This document shows positions 22,277 through 30,102 of a stretch of DNA of 30,102 nucleotides, one piece after another (within the stretch, counting starts at the first letter, position 1; every line of letters starts with the position of its first letter). This DNA is from Oopsacas minuta. Its lineage: Eukaryota > Animalia > Porifera. The notes beneath the pieces are model-generated. The model ran no database searches. It was not told the DNA's origin and worked only from the letters and a program-made list of their open reading frames with translations. Location of the stretch: positions 1-30,102 of the forward strand of contig JAKMXF010000094.1 in assembly GCA_024704765.1 (NCBI GenBank), written 5' to 3'. A program made the translations under genes and the position numbers.

Positions 22277-22512
22277 CCGTAAACTGGGGCTACTTTGGCC
22301 CACTGGGTTTGCTTTAGCCCAAATATTGAAATTTCCTTACGTATCGAATAGATATTGTATTTGTATTCTAAATTGTCTACCGATATTTGAGAATTAGTTA
22401 AAAATTTAGCAAGTCATATTCAAGTATAGTACTGAATCTAATCTAGTTGCTTTGAAACTTTGATATTTGGGCTAAAGCAAACCCAGTGGGCCAAAGTAGC
22501 CCCAGACTACGG
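22277..22512. mobile_element. Intact 236-bp MITE with 50-bp TIRs and TA target duplication (Tc1/mariner superfamily)
   Basis: 22277-22326 ccgtaaactggggctactttggcccactgggtttgctttagcccaaatat versus reverse complement of 22463-22512 (48/50). TA at 22275-22276 and 22513-22514. Confidence 0.93.
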
Positions 22513-23669
22513 TATTTACAATTTACTATGATTATCCAGTCCTTATAATTATCCATGGTAAATTTGAAAAATATTTTCTTCAAAAATATAATAGAATTAA
22601 CTGCCTTATCGGTTTTATCCACAATTTGAGTGCACTTTAGGGGAGCTAAAAGAAGCGATTTCAACTGTATTATCAAGATATAAATAACATGCAGTAATCT
22701 TGAATATAAGAGGACAATAAAGACAAATATGAATAAGAAGGACAATAAAAGGACTTTTTCGAGGAAAGGACGAAGGGTGAACAAAAAGGACTGTGGTCTT
22801 TAAAAAAATGACGTCTGGTAACCCTGAGCAGGTGATTAATCATATGTCCATACATTCTATGTAAATTCAAAAGGCTGCTAGAGATTGAGTTTTAACATGT
22901 TATCATGGGGTCAACAAATATATACGTAGGGGTAATCAAGTACGCTAAATCCGACGTTCTCCTTTACAAGTTTCTCATATGTAAATTTATTGTTGATTTA
23001 TAAACACAAAGTAAACAAATTATCCAAACTTCTAAATATTGGCAGACTTTCTCTCAACAGACATATGGGTACCAAATCACGCTGAATTCGGTGGCCCAAG
23101 GGAAAATTATGTCGGCACAGGCGGTGATTTTAGATTGGAACAACAATTGGCTAACACGATTCAATAATAATTTTAGGGATTATCGAATTCAATTGAATAT
23201 TCATAAAATGTGCCATCCCTGCTCTACTGTAACACAAGAACAAGCCAACATTTGTATTACAAAGTTTTGACAGTTCGCATAAAAGTAGCCATTGATCATT
23301 TCAATATTGACTTTGAATTGAAAGATTCAACATATTACAAGGCATCAAAGGATGACATATTTTAGCAAATTAATACTTTCCAGAAAAATATTCTGTCACA
23401 TTCCTGAGATATTTTGGCATATCATACCTGACACTGTATTCTTCTACAAATTTGCAATACACTTATTGGTCTAAAACAAGCCGTTTCGGAAATATCATAG
23501 TAACCCCGAATGTTAGTTGACCTGGTGACATACACCTGGTCCATTTTTCTGAACCAGTGCCATGCCCTATATTACGTAGGTAACGGATACAGTTAATAAA
23601 AATTGATACTACATACCATTATTATGTAAAATAAATTTAAGATTAATAAAAGCATGAATAAAAATGTGG

Positions 23670-23759
23670 TTCGAATGAATAATATTCTAATTAGTAATAT
23701 TTTACTGAATATTCGTTCATTTATCTCGAACGAATATTCAGTCTATTCGGTCAGCTCTA
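23670..23759. mobile_element. One end of a hAT-like MITE with GAATATTC subterminal repeats
   Basis: Reverse complement begins tagagctgaccgaatagactgaatattcgttcg, with repeated (G)AATATTC motifs inward. No partner end found. Confidence 0.5.
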
Positions 23760-23905
23760 GATAAAGTGTACCATTTTGATCGAATCGTATCAAATAGGAA
23801 GTTTTGGAGGTTCTACAATTACGCTTCAAACACAAAAAACTGATTTAGATAAAAGGATTGACAGTCCCAAAAATATATGATTATCTGAAAAGAATAATAG
23901 ATTTA

Positions 23906-24781
23906 TCAATAAACATGTTGTATAAAACTCTTTGAATTAGTTTCAAATGTTCCCCAACCATTATCGTTAACACCATCAGATATATTAGATAGCACATTGT
24001 TATAATAATTGGCATCGGCATAAGAGTCCATACAACAATCATAAATATTCGAGGGTGAAATTGTAACAGGTCCATATAATTTCATAATATGGATGTCATT
24101 TTGAATGTTTAGACCAAATACAAGTTTCCCATTATGGACTTGTATTTCTGCAGAGTTTGAGTCACGAATAAGTAATCCAATATTATTTACAATACCAAAA
24201 CTGAAGAGATATGGAAAATTAGAGAAATAACGTGGTTTCGGGCCATAACAAGTATGTTGGCAATCAGAATCTTCATCTTGAGAACTGATCAATGGTCGAG
24301 AGATAGTCAACAGAAGTAGAGAAGTAAGAGTTACAAAATCCAAGACAAATTCAGTAAAGTTTATAATGTGTATATTGATAGTTAAAAAAATTAATAAATC
24401 ATCAGAAATTACAGGAAAATATCCGGGATCATAGCATTTTCCATCCTGTAAGATTTTATCAAGCAATCTATTAAACGAAGATTGAAATTCTTTATGCTTT
24501 CTATAATCGTTTTGTGAATAAAGTGAAGGGCATATTTGGGCTTTAAAGTTAAAATTGCGTTCATTTGCATTATTAATAAAATGAGGATTATGAATTTCAT
24601 AAGACCCATGACACTGAACAAGAGAATTATCTATCATTATACAGACAGTATTTCGATCAAAAAATAAACAAGAAAATTTCTTTGGCCTTTCAGAAGCTTC
24701 TTTCCCATCCAACCTAATTCCTCCAGTAATTGAATGTAATTGGAAGTCTTTCTCACAATTAGAAAAAATTGAATAATTCAT
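23906..24781 (-). CDS. Unidentified 291-aa ORF with a central hydrophobic segment; possibly one exon of a spliced gene
   Basis: 876 bp without a stop in very AT-rich DNA. No transposon motif or TIRs. 10 Cys. Hydrophobic stretch at residues ~129-166. No family recognised. Confidence 0.6.
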   Translation of the reverse strand: MNYSIFSNCEKDFQLHSITGGIRLDGKEASERPKKFSCLFFDRNTVCIMIDNSLVQCHGSYEIHNPHFINNANERNFNFKAQICPSLYSQNDYRKHKEFQSSFNRLLDKILQDGKCYDPGYFPVISDDLLIFLTINIHIINFTEFVLDFVTLTSLLLLTISRPLISSQDEDSDCQHTCYGPKPRYFSNFPYLFSFGIVNNIGLLIRDSNSAEIQVHNGKLVFGLNIQNDIHIMKLYGPVTISPSNIYDCCMDSYADANYYNNVLSNISDGVNDNGWGTFETNSKSFIQHVY

Positions 24782-25519
24782 GCACTATAAAACAAGAAAT
24801 TATTGAAATCAAAAACGGTAGTATATTACTGCCAAAGTACAATGGGCAACAGTTAATGGAATATTTGTTTCAGCTCCACATGAGATCTACATGTACCTGA
24901 GCATGAATGGGAGCGGAGATATAGCATCATTATCAATTAATTATGTAACGTATAAGCCGGAAAATTGCTTGATTCACAAAAATGTGAAAATTTCTAGAAT
25001 CAAATTGATATGAGAGCGTAAAAGAAAAATGCATATATATTGTAGTATCACTACTATTGGTACAATTGCAGAATCTTACACCCACCCCCAACTTTTATAA
25101 TGTGGTCAAATATCCCTATATGCACTATTCAAGAACTCGTTGAGAGAAGTTGATAGAGTTAAAGAAATCCAAAATCGGATTAAAATTGACAAAGTTACGA
25201 AAAATTTACTCCCTAAGCCAAATCCTATGGAGAAAATTGTATTACTCACTATAGTCAAATTGTATTGATTTATACATTACAATTACCATAGGAATGCTCA
25301 TACTGTTGATATTGCGGTTATACACGCTTGTTACTCTACTCTTTCATGTTCATTTGTTTGCTATTCAGTGTATTTCACTGCAGGTAATTCTTGTTACTTT
25401 AAAGGAAAGCTGGTTATTACATATTTCTGTCCGCAACAATAAATATACAATGCAACATTGCATTGAATATTATGCTTGCAGCTAAATTGCATCCTGTATA
25501 TGAAGTCGTTCAAACGTAT

Positions 25520-25743
25520 CATACTTGCCAACTGTTCCGTTGGTTGGCGGGACACAACGATTTCTCACCCCGAATATGTGTTAACTGCCAATGAGGCTAA
25601 TGTCCAGCCAAAACTTGACAAAACCCTTAATTGTCCCTCTATTTTGTAGTCCAGACTAATACAAATATGCTGCATCCGACGATGTCCTGCTCAATTAGTC
25701 CCTTCTGTCCCACTTTTTATCTTCACTCATGTTGGCAAGTATG
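25520..25743. mobile_element. hAT-type MITE (224 bp)
   Basis: Perfect 13-bp TIRs catacttgccaac (25520-25532) / gttggcaagtatg (25731-25743). Subterminal GGGAC/GTCCC motifs. Flanking 8-mers do not match, so no TSD is visible. Confidence 0.75.
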
Positions 25744-27227
25744 GGGTTGACACTTGCGCTGTAATACCCCGATAATGTTTAGCCAGTGCAGAGCAAAAGT
25801 ATCAAGTTTTGGATACCTAATATAATACCGGTGGTATTTCTTGCCTGAACTAAACGTGCGGGGTCAAATGTCTATTATAGGTAAACTTGAGCAAGTGTAA
25901 TCAGTTTGTAACTGCAACACATTCTCATTATAACGAAGTGTTCTGGACTGGTACGGAACCCGGTTACATTTCGTGATCTGCAGCATTAGGATATATGCGG
26001 AGTAAGATCAATACTTTCAAGCTGGAGGAGGTTTGTGAATCACTTTGTTATAGCGTGAGTTTAGCCATATAATTGATGTTAGCTTATAACGGAAGTTTAA
26101 GTACAGGGCCTTATGAGGTGGTGTAACAGGTTCGGCGGTCGTTCCGAACCAATAATTAGCAGTTTATATTAATGGTGAGATGTGATGAATGCTGCAACAG
26201 TAAGTTTGTGATTCCTGCGTCCCTACAATGCCAGTATTATTAGACAGTCAACTCCTCTTAATTAGGACAAACTTAGGTAATCGAGTGAAAATTAGTAACT
26301 CACTCAAGACGATTTTCTCTTGATTTAGGAAATTGTAATAAGCTACGTACTAGCTACATCGCCGAATTTGGGATTAATATAGCCAAATCAAATTCTATTT
26401 ACTAGTTATTGTTATCGGAAGACAATATAACGATCCGAATGAGAAATTTATTTGATTATGGGATTATTTACATAAATTTTCTTTACAACCAACAATCCCC
26501 TAAAATATGATAAATATGCTTGAGATTAAACATGAGAAGTGTGGTAAAAATATGTTGTTTCAGATGTAATTTCTATTGTATAGATTTGTTGATGTGTTCA
26601 TAGTTATACCAGTANAAGACATTTGAAAATTGGATTAAAAGGCTAAATTCAGTTGTAGCGTATAAAGGAGACTACTTTGAACATTCATAGCAAAAATTAC
26701 CAACTTTACACAATCTATAGTTTTAGATGGTATGATTAGTATTTATTGAATGCCCCTGTAGTTGTATTTATGAATTTAAGGAAAACAAATTCTAAATTGA
26801 GGTAGAATCATGCTTTATCAACATCTTAAATTGACATAGATACCTGCTCTCAACGGTCATAAAAGGGGTTAATCTTCAAAATAATTCAATAACATATGTG
26901 CCATATACTTATATTTGGGCATTACATTGTTCTAAATATATCTATATTATACTACTCAAAGGGGCCGTCAATTTGGAGAATAATGGATACCTCGAGGCGC
27001 AATGCGCTGAGTTAATCACGAAGCGACGAGCCAAAGGCTCGTTTATACATAAATTAGAAAAAAATTCTCAGTCGTCCTATAAATAGTCATATACTCAGTT
27101 GCTGTTCGAATTCTGTCACTTTTTGGTCTTTTTCCATGCTTGTATTATCCGTATTTCGTTAATTTATTTACTTTTTTCTGCTTAGTTTAGCATTTTACCA
27201 CTGTTGAGTGTTGATCTGCTATCAATA

Positions 27228-29700
27228 ACGCCTAATTGCCGCTCTGCTCCTGGGTATATAAACGACTACAAATCTACTCACGAAACTGTACTTGTATCCA
27301 AATTACCTAATACTAATTAGCATTTTTTCCGAAATTTCAGACAAATTACCTTTGCTTTCCTTGTCTAAATCATGAGCGTTATGGTATCTTGAGCCAAATT
27401 GTATTGTTTTCATGTGCCTAGGTTTGTAAATATGTACTAGATAGTACATTCTGGTCTAACTGTTAGAACATATTGTAATGGTGAACCTTGTTTGCTTTCG
27501 CTAGCCTCAATAAGCGATATTCGACAAATAGAAATATACTTGGTGGAGCATCTAAATCAACGCATCCCAGTGAATTTTATATTTCTGAGACGAATGCTTC
27601 CCATATTTCTTTAGTAAGAGACCATATTTAACAGGCCATAAACACTTTACAAACAAATTAATCAGATTTAGAATCCTGAATATCCAGAACTTTCAATATT
27701 GCAATTCATACAATGCCAATTAGAAAACATTCCTGTTCCTCAAAACAGACGTATATAATGTACTACACAAATATTGGCCCAAAACACGCTGTATTTCTCC
27801 AGGATGTTTTACATATCTTCAGCAATGCCTTGTTTAACTCTTCCTCATGTAAATACTCTTACCAATGGCCTTCAAAATGACTATTTTACCATCTTCAAAC
27901 AAGAGACTCGTTCTTTCTGTGATGCTGAAAAATACATTATTGTCCAAATGGATGAAATTCACGTGAAATCGGATATTTCATACATTGGTGGTAAAATGTA
28001 CGGGACTAGTTTGACGGCAGAAGATCCAATCAAAACTGTATTCGTAATTATGGTACTAGTCTACAGAAAAAAGGTCTTGTATTGTTCGTCTGTTACCCTG
28101 CATTTCTCTTTCAGCAGAAAAGATATTTACGATAGTAGTATCTTGTGTTCTAAATATCGAGTACTGTGGCCTATTTGTAGATATTATCTCTACCGAAAAC
28201 TATCCTCTAAATTTAATATTATTCAAATCTTCTCAAAAAGTGGTAAGCTGGAAATTCAAGTTCCTCATCCTTCTAATCCAAATCGAATCCTGTTTCTCAC
28301 CTATGCTTTGGTTCATATATTAAAGACAATACAAAATAACTGGTTAAATCTGAACTCAGAGAGTAAGACTTTTTTACCCTTATTATGAAGATATACGAAC
28401 AATTATTGTTCCTACCCTTTGAAAATGTGCTCACCTTCTTTCCGCGATGTCCGTATCTTATTTCGTTCTGAGAAAGAATGTTTGCTAAAACTAGCTCCGC
28501 GGTTAACATTAAAAGCATGTCTTCCCTCTAGTTTAGAGCGTCAGTATATGAAACTAGTTTTACAAGCCATACATGAATCTACAATATCTGCTCTATTATT
28601 TAAAATGAGCAACGTTGTGTGGCTAATCAATCTAACACTTCAGATTTTCTCAAAATCATCTCTTCTCTATGCAAATGTTCAATGTAAATGTCCATACAAG
28701 CGTGTTAGTTTAAATGACTCCCCCGCTCAACCATTCGGCTTAACGACTATCGCTTCACCTTCTTAGATCGCATCGTTAATTGGTTGGGTGATTGGGAATC
28801 TCTTCCTGGGAAGATGGGAAATTATCTAAACAAAATTTCAGAAGCTTGAGACATGCTTGCATTGTTTTACCACAAATATCCAACTATCTAACAGAAACTT
28901 GTTGATATTCATGCCTTCTAACTTATTTCATACAAACTGACCCATTAGAGCATCGATTCGGACTTTATCGCATGATGTCAGGTGCCAACTACCATATCTC
29001 TTCTTATCTTCAAATATTAGAAGCTGAACGACGTCAGAAATTTTCAAATAGTCTAAATCTATATTCCTATCAGTCCGAATCATGTAATAATTCATTACAA
29101 GAAATTTTACGGTCCTTTTCACCTGAAGAGAAGCTATTTTCAGATACTGATATTGTTCTTGACCCCTTCCTTAATGCAATTTCTGACCTATCCAGCATTG
29201 AGTGTGCTATCCAAACAATTCAATCATTAGCTTTCATTGCCGGATATGCTCCACACCAATACCTGAAACGCAGTCCACTATGTCACTTATGCCAAGATTC
29301 ATTAATAATTGATAAGGAATTCCTAATTCATGAATCAACCGGATTTCAGCATAGCTACTTGAGCATACTGATCATGGAGATGTGAAACATCCTTCTGAAT
29401 TTGTTTTGGATTCTATAATCACTGTTTGTAAGATTTTAACTGTTATCGAAGTAAATGTAGAATTTATGAGGATATTTGTTGAAGGATCATCTACGCATAT
29501 TCTATTGGATCTTGTGTTCTGTTGGTGATGGATGTTGGAGAGAACACTGCCCCTCTTGCAAGTTAATTAGGTAATCTTTTTGTGAATAATTGTATTCACT
29601 GAAGCGAATTGTTTAATAGCTAAAAAACTGCAAGATTAAATTCTAAGGTAGTTTCAAGTGGATTAGAGAAAGGAAAGTTAAAAAAATTTAATTCTTCGTA
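27228..29700 (+). pseudogene. Decayed P-element (THAP-domain / THAP9-like) transposase
   Basis: Degenerate THAP start (ACG)PNCRSAPGYINDYKSTHETV..KLP at 27228. Then SPGCFTYL..LTLPHVNTL, IVQMDEIHVKSDISY, ISTENYPLN, LVHILKTIQNNWLN, LKLAPRLTLKACLPSSLERQ, QTDPLEHRFGLYRMMSGANY (28933) and a DHGDVKHPSEF tail, all in order across many frameshifts. Confidence 0.92.
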
Positions 29701-29966
29701 CTTTCATTCGCAGAACAGCTAACAAATCCTATATTAGATAGTATTCTAAGTAATTTTCTTTTCTATCTATTACTACTTTAATTTGACTCAATTGCAATTT
29801 TGCTGGTAGTTTCTATATATTTTATTGACAATAAAATACTAATTGTTACATTCCTGACGAATATATTGGACAATATAATGATGGAAAATCCATCTATATT
29901 TCATCCACAATTGCATCCATGGTCCCAATTTCTTTAATAATATATAGTCTTATGTTTGGTAGACTA

Positions 29967-30102
29967 CAGGGTGGCCAATAAGTTCTGGCACATAGAAAAA
30001 CTATTATAATTTAACCAATATTCATTATTTTGAATTGATATTTTAGCATAAGTAGTTTGGCATTATGAGTTTATTGTGCACAATCTCTATTCTATGTATC
30101 CG
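29967..30102 (-). mobile_element. 3' end of another family A maT element; continues off the right edge
   Basis: TA at 29965-29966, then cagggtggccaataagttctggcacata (29967-29994), the perfect inverse of the TIR at 71-98 and 12839-12866. The last bases encode G-Y-I-E-stop on the minus strand (30101-30087), the same C-terminus as family B (GGYIE*). Confidence 0.93.

Noticed and set aside
22700-22800. Purine-rich stretch with repeated AGGAC / AGGACAATAAA
   Set aside because: Low complexity with no constant period. The overlapping hydrophobic ORFs (22443-22784, 22673-22870) are compositional artefacts.
25750-26300. Moderately GC-rich stretch with partly open frames
   Set aside because: All six frames contain frequent stops and no protein motif was recognised; it cannot be supported as a gene or pseudogene.
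1-30102. All four maT pieces have the transposase on the minus strand
   Set aside because: Four elements sharing an orientation has a 1-in-8 chance probability; not significant.

Overview
AT-rich (roughly one-third GC, estimated by eye) eukaryotic, almost certainly animal, genomic DNA. It holds two intact intronless housekeeping genes on the minus strand: a RhoA/Rho1 GTPase (3005-3586) and the mitochondrial import channel subunit Tim23 (9482-10069). There is also one unexplained 291-codon ORF with a central hydrophobic segment (23906-24781, minus). Most other interpretable sequence is DNA-transposon debris. This comprises four pieces of DD37D (maT-type) Tc1/mariner elements from two families, three hAT transposase remnants, a decayed THAP/P-element, a probable MULE fragment, Helitron-like ends, a possible CMC/Chapaev end and many MITEs. 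No rRNA, tRNA, CRISPR array or prokaryotic gene was recognised, and most short ORFs in the supplied track are antisense or frameshift by-products of the transposons. I found no clearly new biological system. The best unexplained signals are a diverged ~150-bp tandem array bracketed by a 28-bp direct repeat (14881-15352), an inverted pair of Charlie-like MITEs sharing one target site (16043-16287), the orphan membrane-protein ORF, and a 1-nt deletion at the same codon in both maT families. Two N bases (11031, 26615) suggest assembly joins. An intron-poor animal such as a glass sponge is my guess for the source; this is unverified inference.
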